A stretch of DNA of 64,000 bases from Phallusia mammillata (Eukaryota): positions 5,890,001-5,954,000 of the forward strand of contig OZ281498.1 of assembly GCA_965637545.1 (NCBI GenBank), written 5' to 3'. A model generated the notes under the pieces. It worked only from the letters and a program-made list of their open reading frames with translations. It had not been told where the DNA came from and did no database searches. Position numbers and translations under genes: made by a program. How positions within the stretch are numbered: the first letter of the stretch is position 1; every line of letters starts with the position of its first letter. Positions 48,845-61,104 of this stretch are shown here, in pieces.

Positions 48845-51800
48845 ATGTCTACAGCGAAGAATGTACGACCTGGCGTACAAAGTTTAACTGTACCAAGTGC
48901 TGATTATGAACGCCACCACTCGTTGGGCAATATTGCTATCGAAGAGGTCCGTCCACACACTTCAACCCAAAACGGCCGAAACCGCTTGTCTTCAAATGGC
49001 CGGTTGGAATGTGAACCACAGCAGAGTACCGCAAACAAAAGCAGATCGAGTTCTTGGAGTATGAGGGCTCTCAAACAAGTTTTTGTGGATACGGCAGATG
49101 CGAAGTCAGATTCGGAGATCGATTTACAGCTGGAAGGCGCGCCTGTATCGGAAGTAAGTGGGCTTTTTGTGTGGAAATGTACAGTATAAGGTTGTAGCTA
49201 TAGAGTAGACACGTTAACATCAGGATGTTGTATTTCCAGCCTTAACACAGCATGAGTAATTTCCACTTGGTCTAGCCGCGGGCCATTGGTCGGTTAAAGA
49301 ACGATATTGGCGCGAGGCTACCTTTAGATATATTTAACATAACTCGCGCGTAAAAGAAAATTCGTCTAGGATACAAAAGTTGCTAAATGTTAGAAACGCG
49401 ATTCTAACTGAGCATTAATCTGTTCAGAATTTCACAAGCCGCGAACAATTGCCCAGTCAATCACCAGGAGGAATTTTAAGGCGACGCCAATCTAGAAAGT
49501 CCGTTGATCACACGCAGTCAAATGCTCCACAGAGAAGAATCGGCATTGGGAACTGGATTTCGGAGGCGGCACCTCGCGTATGGACAAATTTCTCGAAAAA
49601 CACAGAACACGATGCTTCAGAGGAAACCCAAACCAAACCTGTCGTCGAACGAAAACGTATTGTATCGATTGCTGAACGGGACGATTCACGTTTGCGTTAC
49701 GATCCAGCAAAACATCGCAGGGCCACAGTACACTATTCATCGACTGGTCGACCTTCTGTGATGATGGGCTCAAAGAGGTTATGAAATATTGATTTCTGTG
49801 CCGGTTGTGTCTGTGTAAATCATTCACATTTTGTGTAGCGCCCTTTTAACGACAAGATTGTTACTTATGCGTGTTGTTCATCTGTCAATATGCGTAAAGC
49901 TGATTTACCTTTATGTGATAGGCTTTCCACGTTACGAGCAGCCCACTTGGCAAAGGAGGATCGGGCTCTTGAACAGATCAAGGACGTTTGTCGTGATTAC
50001 ATTCTTTACAGGCTTCGGCGCAAAAGCTATGCTAACAAGTTGGTTTTTTGATTATTAGCTACTATGTAGTATAATTCTAAACATATTCCTGCCAAAGGAC
50101 TGTAAAACATGAATGTATTTGTACAAACGTACCAATTGCTGTTGTTACCATCAGTTAACATTTTTGTTCCGTCAGGGTAAAATTGAGCCGGCTTCAACAA
50201 ACAAACAATCGCTGGATTATTGAGGACTCTTTGTTTGTGGTGAACGAATTGGAACAAGGTAACAAACACCTCTTCAGAAATATTTCAAAACAGGTAAGTC
50301 AGTAGGTTATATTCTTTCTTTTTTGGGTGGTTAGCTATTTGGGAAATAAAAATACAACAAAATAAAAGTGCAAACTGCTGAGCTGTTTCACTGTTATGGC
50401 CATTGTGTGTTTTACAAAGAAGCACAAGGTTTTAGTATGTGACTTATTTGGAAAGCCTACATGTTACGAAACACATGCACGTATCATGTTTTTTTTCTAG
50501 GTTGGAATAACCCTCCGTTCCGAAGATGTGCTTCGCAAAGTCTTTTCCGAACTGGCCATCGAAATTTTAACCACCGAGGAGAAAATGGTATGACATGTGC
50601 AGGGTTTTTTTTTGGTTTGGTTTGGGTGACCGCTAAGTAGTTTTAAGAGACCGCAAGTGTTTCATTTAAATAACAAAAAATAGCCATATTTGCTTATTTG
50701 GGAAACCGCTGGAGAAATTTCAAAACACCTTAAAAAACACTGGACATGTGTAATCTTGATCGGGTGTTCCAGTGCGAAGTTTTATAAATAAAACCAGGTT
50801 AATTAATAGAATATTTTAGGTTTTGGAGCCAAAATCACAATCATGCTGAATCATGTGTAACAATCCAACTTTGTGACTTGTATATAATCGCAAGAAAGTA
50901 CACTTGATGACTTTTTTAACAGTATTTTTCTGTTTTGATCTCCTGAAATCTGAAAATTTGGCTATGTATTTAGTCAACATGGGCTGCATTTTACGTTTAC
51001 TAGATATAGGGACCTTAACGGGTGCTAGTTTTGCTCGAACATAGGCAATGAAACGGTGTGAAACATCTTTTAAACTTAAAATCATCTTTGTATCATACAC
51101 AAAAAAAGACAAAAGTTGATCCTAAACGTAAACAGTCACAACGCGGTAAATTGCTGGTTTTCTGTGCAGCAGGATGAGGCGACAGAAAATGAAAGTTGTG
51201 AGAATGTCCCTTCTGTCACTGCGGAAGTGCGCAAAACGTCGTTCAGCAACAATTGCCCTCGAAGCCGGACGATCGAAATCACGTGGGGACGAATATTCGC
51301 AATTATAGCCATTGCAGGAGGTGAGCCTATTGTTGTTATGCACAACTATTTCTTTTACATTGACCGCAAACAAACTGGAAACTTTAAATGAATAGGCCTA
51401 GTTATGGGCAAACCATTAAGATACAATGCTCCAAAGCGGTGATTTTGCAATGGTTTAATATCTGTCTGTTTACTTGGAGGGTATCTGTTTCGATATTATT
51501 ACATGATCTTGACGTTTTTTGTGGATTGTTCTTCTCAAAGTGTAAAACTGTTGGTCTAACAAATTTCCTTTGCATTTTTTGGTTTTGAGAATTGACTTTA
51601 CACCAGTAAGAATAAACACTTACAATATACAATATTCATAAACATGTTTTATTCCGAAAAGAGGTCGTTAAAATTTGTTCGGCTTCATCTCAACTGAACA
51701 CGGAATATTTGATTTCCAGGCCTGGCGGTTGACTGCGTCCAACAGGGACACTCAGACCTCGTGAACTGTCTGATAGAATTTTGCGGAGAAATCATCCACG

Positions 51801-52009
51801 AAGAAGGAGTTTTGTCGTGGATCGTATCCGAAGGGGGCCTTGAGGCTTTGCACAAAGTTGCAATTGAAGATGACAGAGACAGCTGGAATAATGCCGATTA
51901 CGGATATTTTACAAGACTTTGTAATGCGGCGTTAGCGTTTGGGACTTGTGCAGTCGCAGCTGTTTTTGCAGTAGCGCTTATTGGCAGTATTTTGAATACG
52001 TTTACCTGA
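48845..52009 (+). CDS. BOK: BOK-like Bcl-2 family protein, 473 aa, 7 coding exons, long N-terminal extension
   Basis: Exons 48845-49153, 49428-49777, 49922-50038, 50176-50293, 50501-50587, 51170-51320 and 51720-52009 total 1422 nt in frame. BH4-like QIKDVCRDYILYRL, ELEQGNKHLFRNISKQ, BH1 ITWGRIFAI, the BOK-specific GLAVDCV, BH2-like SWIVSEGGL and a C-terminal TM helix. Confidence 0.85.
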
Positions 52010-53609
52010 TTAGTTTATCACAACAAGTGCGTTGCTGCTTTCTCTCTAAGGTTACTGTTCCACATTAAGTTACTGTGGTTCTTAAACGAAGTTCGGAACT
52101 AAGTTATCTACTTATTTTCATGTTTGTTTCTTGATTTATTTGGTGCTGTTGTCGCATCTTATCCTTCTGTCATTGCTAGCGATTATTGCTTGAAAAGACT
52201 AAATTGGCAACAAACTAAATCTTTCCAATAATTAGTTTGATTGAGGATTCGCCACGATTGCTTTCGAAATTATCACAGGATTTACTTCAGGGACCTATCC
52301 ATAAAATTCATTTGTCAAGCATACGGTTTTGCTCATTGACTGAGCAAGGATGCTTTATGCTGCCATGCAATGGCGACAATACAACACATTGAACAGGAAG
52401 AAGTAATTAGGCCGAAAAATACGCGAAATTTTTGAACGTTTTGGTTTTTTAATGATTTGGAGTCGCTCCTGTTTATGTTACAAAATTCTAATGTTCCCTT
52501 GACAGAAATTGGTAGTCATATCATAACATGGCGTAACAGGCTCTCCAATTCAAATCTCGTTAATGCTAATTAAACCTGAATCAAGAACACCAATTATCAT
52601 TTATTTTTCCTATTACTTATTAATGTAAAATTAGAGACTAATTTTGCGACCACCAGGTGTTTGGTATTGGTTTTTGTGTACGGGAGGTTTTGCACACAGC
52701 CTTTGCATTCACAAGTGCAAAAAAGCCATTTTAACGTCAATAAATTGCTAAAATGGTGATAGGGTACTTAGAGACAAGTTACAAAACATTATTGATGTAC
52801 ACCCGCACACATATTTTCGCCTTGAAACCGGCGAGTAGCGTTGCTTTGAAGTCGTGATTTACGGGTTAAGTTGGTTAACACTGTTTTTCTCCAAAGCCGC
52901 AGTTAGGTTTATAAATAAAACCTCGTTGTCCAATTAAACTCGATCAAAGTTGCAGCCAAGCTTCACTACGATAGCAAGTATGTCATCGACTGGCTACATT
53001 AGAACCTTCGAAGACATCGTTATGAGGTGCGCTTAACTTCAGTAAGACAAGCTAACAAATTGTCTTTCAAATACTAACGAACAGAGGTGGTATACAGCAG
53101 CAGAGCTTGCTATCAGAGCCCTTAACTTGTACAACGTGGTAAACAACCCGTGTTGACAGCACTAGTCTTGATGTGGTCAACAATTCGTATCACAAATGTC
53201 AGCTTTGCTGTACAGCACCGCTGTATAGGGTAATGTCCTCGAGCAAAGTCTTGCTATCCTTAGTTCTTAAATAACAGACATCACTGACTGAAAAAGTTCA
53301 CGAGTGTTTAAGCTTTGACATCTTCTTGCGTGAACTCCTCATGCCCACTTGTATAGAAACTCAAGTTCTTTATTATGACTTAATTACATCAAAAAGGTTT
53401 CTGTTTCGAATCATTTAGGCTATATCCCGCAACAGCTATTACTGAATCCGAATACCATGGTAGGATTAATCAATTTAATTTCAATAAGTTAGGCAATTTT
53501 TAAATAATGTAAAATTGTGCTACCCTTATAAATTCCTGTTGTCGTTGTTGCATACAGGCTACCATTTTGTGTGCAATATGTCAAAAATTAACCAACAAAT
53601 AGTATAGAT

Positions 53610-54124
53610 CAGGGAGTCGAACCGGAACTGAACCCGAACCCGTCGGTTTGAGCGGTTTATTTCATTAAACCCGAACCGAACCAGAACCGCAAATTACGAT
53701 TTCAGAAAAAAAACGAACCGGGGTTGAACCCTATATTTTGTAAACCGGAACCGAACCAGTAAAAAATGCAGCCTGTATTATTTTTGGGGGATCTTATTTA
53801 AACAGCGCACTGAAGTTAAAGATACGCAAGATAACAGCTAAAGGGCGTGTCAAAAATAATAAATTTGAAAGTATCTGCAATGCACAGTCAAAAGAGTTTA
53901 ATAACGCAATGCAGATGATGGACAAAAACAAAAAACGGGAGGGGATTAAACCGGTTTAAAAACCGCAAACCGGTTCAGACCGGGTAATTTGCCGGAACCG
54001 GAACAATACCCGAACCCGAAATCAAACTTTTCTAAAAACCTGAACGGAACCCGAACCCTTAAAAACAAATCAAAGTGAACCCGAACCGAACCTGAATCCA
54101 TGTAACAAGCGGTTCGACTCCCTG
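53610..54124. mobile_element. hAT-like MITE with AACCG/AACCCG subterminal repeats
   Basis: TIRs CAGGGAGTCGAACC / GGTTCGACTCCCTG; numerous aacccgaacc repeats; decayed TSD gtatagat/gtctcgtt. Confidence 0.8.
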
Positions 54125-54450
54125 GTCTCGTTTAACTTCCAACCCTCTGCCTGGACTGTAAAAGTAAATTCACTCAAGCAAAAATAAATAAATTCCATGT
54201 TCATTTGCTTTTTTATATAAAAACTAGGTCTACACTGTAGAAATATAATAAAACTGAAACCTAACTGCTTTACGGTTTATTAAAATAATGTATATATTTT
54301 TCATTTTTATTTAACACGTGAAATATGTCCCAAATTAGGGTTGTCCCCCAGGCTAAGGGCGATGCGTTGCGTCACGGCAACGTTTCTTGTGCCGTTTTGT
54401 CCTTTTATATCAAACATCGATGGGTGGTGTGGTATGGTATGGTGTTAGAT

Positions 54451-54763
54451 CAGTGGTTCTTAACCTTTTTAACCCGGCCGAACCCCTACGATATTCTTCA
54501 GCTATTGGTCGAACCCCAACATGTTACATCCTGGATTTTTAACCCATTTTGTTTTGTGGGTCACAATTAGCTTTTGACCAAATATAGTGGCAACAGTTAC
54601 TGTTTGTCATTTTGTTAAATTCTGACATAATAATACAAGCAGCTAGTAGAACCTCAAAGTTTGAATCAAGCGAGTGGTTATGCTCTAAACGACCTTCGTC
54701 GAACCCCTGATTCAGCATTGCCAAACCACTGGGGTTCGATCAAACCCCGGTTAAGAACCACTG
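54451..54763. mobile_element. hAT (Buster-type) MITE
   Basis: TIRs CAGTGGTTCTTAACC / GGTTAAGAACCACTG (same as the 15236 element); perfect TSD tgttagat. Confidence 0.92.
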
Positions 54764-55301
54764 TGTTAGATAGTTACTCGAAGACATGAACCTTCTACCA
54801 AATTTCAATGTCGTTTCGTATGAATTAAACGTAAAATATATAATTTTGTTAATAGCGTTTGTTGTCGCATGTCGCGGAACTGGTTAGATTGGCTTACAAT
54901 TAAATACAATCGAATAACCCACAATAAAAAGTGGTTTACGTAAATAATATTTGCCATGTTTTTTGTTTTCCTGTTAAAAAGTAATGCTTGGTCTTTTGCT
55001 TTTTAAGTTGGTAAACTATGTTTAAAACTAAGATTTCACTAAGTAAACAGCCTTTGTATCATTATATTGGCTTTGCTTTAACTAATAACTGCAAGCAATC
55101 ATAAAAATATGATATTGGTCTTTACTGTTATGTGTTCGATGAGTTCTGTTTTTTGTAAATAATATATATATCATTTACATGAGTTTTTGCAAAAGCATTC
55201 AATGTTTTACAATTTTAGGTTACTTGCTGTGTTTCAAGCACTGAAATTTTTTTTTAACATCAAGGCTACAAAGCATGTAGCAGAAAAATAGCATATCTCA
55301 A

Positions 55302-57248
55302 ATGGAAGTAAAAGATGAAGAGGGTGATGAGGTGGTTGCAGAGCTTGATGTTTTCCTGACCAAAAATTTGTCAGATAACATAAAGCTTCTGCAGTACCCA
55401 ATCTGCAAAAGAAAGGCAACATTTTCCTCAGATGCTCGCCTTGTTGCCAGAGTAAAGCCAAAGCATCAAAAACTTGAATTAGAAGTCCTGTTGGATGTCA
55501 GCAGCCCTAACTATGATCAAAGTAAAGGAGAACAAATTGCAATCAATGTTGATGGATGCGCAGGGACTTCAAGTGAAGGCATGGCTTTTGACAGCTCTGT
55601 AATGGACACACAAGTACTTTCATCTTCTTGCATTCCCCAATGTGGGAGAAGATATGCAGCAGCAACAATAAGTGCTGGACAAGTGCATTTAACTCCAATA
55701 AGTGAAGTTATGCAAATGAGACCGAGTTTTAGGTATATGGATCGGGCGGAAAAGCGAGCAATTCAGGCAGCCCAAATGAAAGCTCAAGCAGAATCTGGCA
55801 ACTCTTCTCAGGATGAAGCAGAAGATGCCAAAGCAGTTACTGTCCGATTTAAGGGAGCGGAAACTGAAGCTGCTCGTGTTGCTAGAGAAAGATCATATGC
55901 TGCTTATGAGAAAAACTTGCATGAGGAAAAATGGATTTCAGCTACTATTCACCCGAAAGACGATGTTCACTCCAAACGAGAAAGAAATCTAATGTTTTGC
56001 ACCCAAGAATATACTCATGGCTCCAATGTAGACAATGAAGATTTTGGACAAATGATGTTATCTGCCTCTGATTATTTAAAGTCGATTGTTCCAAACTACA
56101 TCTCTGCTGAAACAGATTCAATTGTTAATCCCACTAATGTGTTGTCTTTGGCAAATTTGCAGACCATGTCTCTTCCCGAGCAGTTACGTGCGGTTATGTG
56201 CAATGTTAAAATTATCCACTTTTCTCATCTACTTCGGCTGCTACCTGGAAGCCCTGAACCAAATTCTGTAGTTAGGTCCTTGCAGTCGTATGCTGTATTA
56301 GTACAGGGCTGTTGGATTGTAAAAAGTGAGATTTTGTATCCAACAAAAACACTAAGCCCTGTATCAGGGACACCCTGCGAACTTGTGTGTAAAGCAAGGG
56401 ACTATATTCTCTGTTTGTTTTCCTATGACAAGTACCTGGTCAGAAGGGAACTGATTAAGAAGTTGAAAGTGCCAAGTGAGGAAGTAAAATCCATACTGGA
56501 ACAAATTGCAGTAATGAAAACTGGGCATGGATGGCACTTACGCCTCGAACCAGATACTCATTTCATGGAACAGTATCCTGAAGTATGCGAAAGACAATCT
56601 ATGGTGTGGTCTGCAAGATACAAACAACTTGATCAACAGCTTCAAATATCTGGCTCCAGTAGCAAGAAAATCACTGAGAAACATGAACCACAAAAAGCAA
56701 CAAAAAAGAAACCTACAACGCATAAGCCTGAAAAAACTGCCAGCAAGCATGAAAGCGGTGCCCAAAATGATATAAATTTAGGGGAGAATTTAGACACAAA
56801 AATGACAATATCACAAGGTCCTGTCTTTGATGATAGTAGCATGTGTGTTGATAACAGTACTGGTGGCTTTGAAAACATGTTGCAAAAGCTAGATGACAAT
56901 GAGCCAATGGAAGTTCAGTTTTCAACAGAATCTGTAACAGTTGAATATACCGATTTAAATACACACAATCCTTTTGTGATTCCTGAAGCTGTTGGAATAG
57001 GTGGTGCAATCAAAATGATCAATGGTGCAGATCAGCAGAACCAACCCAATTATACTAACCTCATTGAAGCATTACCTCAAACAGCGGCAGGATTTTCACC
57101 ATCAATCAACATGGAAAGTGTTAACTCTACTGTGCAGCTTGTGGCGAAACAAATGTGCCAACAAAATATGCCATTTGATCATGTTAAAATTGATACAACT
57201 TCAAAAGACTTACTTTTTCACAATAACAACGGTGGTGACCCACATTAA
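55302..57248 (+). CDS. POLR3E: RNA polymerase III subunit RPC5, intronless
   Basis: 648 aa: DEVVAELDVFL...LLQYP, RVKPKHQKLELEV, GQVHLTPISEVMQMRPSFRYMD, SYAVLVQGCWIVKSEILYP, ARDYILCLF; upstream acceptor aattttag at ~55219. Confidence 0.93.
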   Translation: MEVKDEEGDEVVAELDVFLTKNLSDNIKLLQYPICKRKATFSSDARLVARVKPKHQKLELEVLLDVSSPNYDQSKGEQIAINVDGCAGTSSEGMAFDSSVMDTQVLSSSCIPQCGRRYAAATISAGQVHLTPISEVMQMRPSFRYMDRAEKRAIQAAQMKAQAESGNSSQDEAEDAKAVTVRFKGAETEAARVARERSYAAYEKNLHEEKWISATIHPKDDVHSKRERNLMFCTQEYTHGSNVDNEDFGQMMLSASDYLKSIVPNYISAETDSIVNPTNVLSLANLQTMSLPEQLRAVMCNVKIIHFSHLLRLLPGSPEPNSVVRSLQSYAVLVQGCWIVKSEILYPTKTLSPVSGTPCELVCKARDYILCLFSYDKYLVRRELIKKLKVPSEEVKSILEQIAVMKTGHGWHLRLEPDTHFMEQYPEVCERQSMVWSARYKQLDQQLQISGSSSKKITEKHEPQKATKKKPTTHKPEKTASKHESGAQNDINLGENLDTKMTISQGPVFDDSSMCVDNSTGGFENMLQKLDDNEPMEVQFSTESVTVEYTDLNTHNPFVIPEAVGIGGAIKMINGADQQNQPNYTNLIEALPQTAAGFSPSINMESVNSTVQLVAKQMCQQNMPFDHVKIDTTSKDLLFHNNNGGDPH

Positions 57249-57932
57249 TGTCAACAGTACTTTTATTTTTTAGTTTTCATTTTCATCGTATGTTCCCACC
57301 GCATGAATATGGTTGGTTGTTTAATCAGCCACGAATGCACTGCACAAAGAAAATACATCAACTTCCAAAAAATACACCAAGTAATGGTTTTTATTGTGGC
57401 ATTTTCCATTCGTGCGTTTTAGGTTGTCACATAGTGTGTAGGTTCATAGTTTGTTCTTCAAAGCAGTCGAATTTTTAAATGAAGGCTATGTGCAGTGTTG
57501 CCAAGCCATAATCGATAAAAACGCAACCCGACTTAAATTAGCCGAAAAGGAGACCGACTTCACAGATTTGCTGCAATACAAACGATTTTCGCTAAATTCA
57601 CCTGTTCGGCCTATAAATCTACATCTGTGATACCTTTTTGACGCTTGGCGAACGCAAAAACAAACTCAATTTTGATGGACGATTTCCCTCTGATCTTCTG
57701 TACTGATGCTGGAATGACAAGCAATATGTACCGGCGTAGTTCTGCGGTTTTCGAATGAATCTTTATCGGTAACTTTTCGTTTTGCATCGACGTTAAACAG
57801 CGTTTCAGACAGGGAGACAAGAAGTGCTGCTGGAAGAGTTTTGGTTTGGTTTTTGTTCGTTGAGTGTTTACACGGTTGTTAACTGCAATGTTTGGAGTTC
57901 ACAGGAAGTGTGGACTTAAGTAGACCCTCGGA

Positions 57933-58298
57933 CAGTGGCGTAGGCAGACGAACATTTTGGGAGGGGCCAAATAGTTTGCTGTCTAATAACTTTTTGCTAA
58001 TGTTTGGCGTAGGGCGTGCTTTTACCAAACACGTGACTTGCCAAACCTTGGTTCGACGGGACAGCCAAACGCTTTATTGATTTATTCGATGTCTACATAA
58101 ATATAAAAAAGCATGGATTTCACCTCACAACTTGGTGACAACAGTCATTTTTGTTAATTTATAAATTTTTTGATAGTTGAAAGACTAAACCACAATGATG
58201 AGAGGCAAAACTACACTAAATTAAAGTTTCTCAATATACAACTTTGAAAATTTGGGAGGGGCCATGGCCCCTTTGGCCCCTCCCTGGCTACGCCGCTG
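57933..58298. mobile_element. hAT-like MITE (CAGTGGCGTAG termini)
   Basis: TIRs CAGTGGCGTAG / CTACGCCGCTG; perfect 8-bp TSD ccctcgga. Confidence 0.9.
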
Positions 58299-58821
58299 CC
58301 CTCGGATCTTCTTTGCTAATGTGTTACTTATATTACGTTACCTAGACGCTTTCTACAAAACTCGAACCAAATTGTCGGGAAAATATTGTGTGTTTTAAAC
58401 AAGCGTCGTAAGCAAATTTCATTCTTTTATGGCCATTTGTTTTAGAACAACCATGTGGAAGGTCTTTTAGGTTCTGCCAAGGTCGGTGGAATTTATTAAT
58501 GTTTAGACTTTAGAGTTAGACGCTTGGTTTAGGATCGGGTCGAATCTATACGAGGCAACACAAATCTTTGTACATGAAATAATAATTATTAAACAAAGTA
58601 CAAAAACACAGCATGTTTGAAGTTTTCAACCACTTTGTAATGTCCGGTTTTGCAACGAATATTATGCCGCCAGGGTGCATCATCGAGCAGAGTACAATAC
58701 CGCCAAATCCAAAACACTGAACCACCGCGTAGGTTTGTGGTTGTCGTTATGTTTTATACCAAGTAAATAAACAAATGCAACAAACCTACAGAAAACAACA
58801 GTCGAGTTTGATCCTGAACAC

Positions 58822-61104
58822 ATGGAAATCAACTGCACTGCAAAACCAAATGTGGATTTCAAACTGGAATGGACAACGGCGAAGGGTAATGTTGACCGTG
58901 TTTTTGTTGTATAGCATATTGAAGTACTTTGCGTCAGGTTTATTTTGTGCAAGGCCTTCCTTGGTGTGTCGAAAGTTGTTGTGGCAACCTAAGGACATGC
59001 TACAACTGTATTGTACAATCCTTTACGAATGACGTTAACCTTGTGACCCAAATTGGTGCAGATTGGTACAGTTTGCAAGTAAACCTTTGCCTACAAAAAG
59101 GTGTGTAGAAAAACATATGCTATGCAAATGAGTTTTTGTCTTTATATTACAACTTTATTTCTGTATGCAAGTGAAGCAAGAATTAACCACAGGAATGACT
59201 GCGCCGGAAACGGCCATTCCTGATCCCAGAAGTGTTTACAACAATGTTAAAGAATTACTTTCTCAACTCAAGAAGGTGCCAAATGAAATCAAAAGTGAGC
59301 TGAACTATTACAGATCAATAGCAGCCTACACTTTGATATAAATACAATATGCTTTTGTAGGTGGAATTATCAAAGAAGTGCACAGATTGTTATCAGTTCT
59401 CTGGTATGTCTGGCTGACAAAACTACCAAAATTACAAACTAAAAATTTGTATGAGGAGTTTAGGCACATACAGAACCCCGTGGTATTTACTAATTGCATA
59501 TGTGTGAGATTAAATATCACTAATTTTTCTGTTGCCCCGTGTTAGGTTGTTGAAGATTGCATCATAAAAAGTTGTGTGAACGCAACACCCTCACAAATCA
59601 ATGAATGGATTTCCATGGTTTCAAAAAGTGATGCTCCTATTCCTGAATCAAGCACTTATTTTCTTGCCTGCTCTTTATACACACAAGATCAGGTTGAGAA
59701 AGTGATTGCATCATCACTTATTCAATTAGAATCCAATTTGTCAGATACAGAAAAAGCATCGCTTCATAATCTCATTGCATGTTCATACACGAAGAAAGAC
59801 AAAACCATGGTTGCATTGCATTATGTAAGAAAAGCAATAAGCTTTTGCCCCAGTCAAAGTCAACTTATGAAGGTGCTTCTTTACAATGTTGTCGTGATAT
59901 TAAAAGTGAACAAGCAATATGATGCTTGCATTAAGGCAGCAAAACTTCTTTTGGATAGAATTCAATATCCCACTGATGAAACTCCTCAATGCCAATCTAA
60001 TTCAATTCGGTTTCACATTCTACCAACATCTGACTCCAACACATTTGCATCAGTTTCAAATAATCCACTTTACTTTACTATTCGTAAATCATTTACAATG
60101 TACCTTATCGGAAAACTTTATCTTTTAAATAACGACTATGGCAATGCTTTTGCTTGGTTTTCCAAAGTAACTGGTGTTGAAACAGACATGCATATAACAT
60201 ATGCAAAGTCATACCCAACAAAGCTTCAATTTGAAGCAGAGATGTTGTTTTCAGCGATCAACAGTGAACAAATGGAAATGCCTGATCAATCTGAGGATTA
60301 CATTCATTATTGTGCCAACTGTTTTAAAAAAGCTAATGGGAAAGTGTCCTTTGAAGCATTAGAACAATGTAGCATATCTGACATAATGAGCAGTCTTAAA
60401 GCAGGGTCTGAACTTTTCTACTGCTTAACAATAGAACTGTTTAAAGCGTCCAAGCTATTATTGTCAAGTTCATTTAAAGAAAAGTTAAAATACATGATAG
60501 AGGAACTTGACCACATAGCACCAGTGCATAGAAAAGAATCAGAGTTTCCAAATATGAATGCTGAATACAAAAAGTGGTATCAACAATATGAAAACATCGT
60601 GCTGGCTCTATGTTCAATAAAAGCAAAAGTCTTGTACAATTATGCCTTTCTACTTGCACTGGAAAATCACCATCAGGTCGAGTTCTATCAAAACCTAAAT
60701 ACAGTAGCAATATCAAAGTTGCTATTTTTTTTATGTTTTTGAATACAGACACAGCAAATCCTGGAATTGCTGCATACAGCTTTACAGTTTGATTTAAAAA
60801 ACATGGAATTAAGATGGAATGTTACAGTTTTGTTGCATAAAATTGATAAAAAGGAAGATGGAATTAAAACATGGTGCAAGACCAGAGGTATTAATGTCAA
60901 TCAGTCCAAAAGTCAAGTGAGTGGAGTCAGTTAATGATACACAACATTTTTTAAGAATACGTATTAAGATTGTTTTTGCAGCTTACTCAATTAAGAGATG
61001 ACAAACAAGCAATTGCACAACAAGAAACCCTTCCTGAAAAAAAAGAAATCATTCGAAGAGACATTTCAATTTTAACAGAGCTAGTGGATGTATTTGCAGT
61101 GTAA
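58822..61104 (+). CDS. TPR-like helical repeat protein, tentatively FANCG-like; 5' exons uncertain
   Basis: Well-supported exons 59546-60676, 60749-60916 and 60982-61104 splice in phase 0. TPR-like helices [51 protein letters not shown] and ELLHTALQFDLKNMELRWNVTVLLHKIDKKEDGIKTW. Upstream exons (~58798-58885, ~59062-59099, ~59180-59380) could not be joined unambiguously; the start coordinate is provisional. Confidence 0.6.

Noticed and set aside
52880-53350. Moderately GC-rich stretch after BOK that looks like decayed coding sequence
   Set aside because: All frames are interrupted and no TE or gene motif was recognised; it needs a RepeatModeler/BLASTx search.
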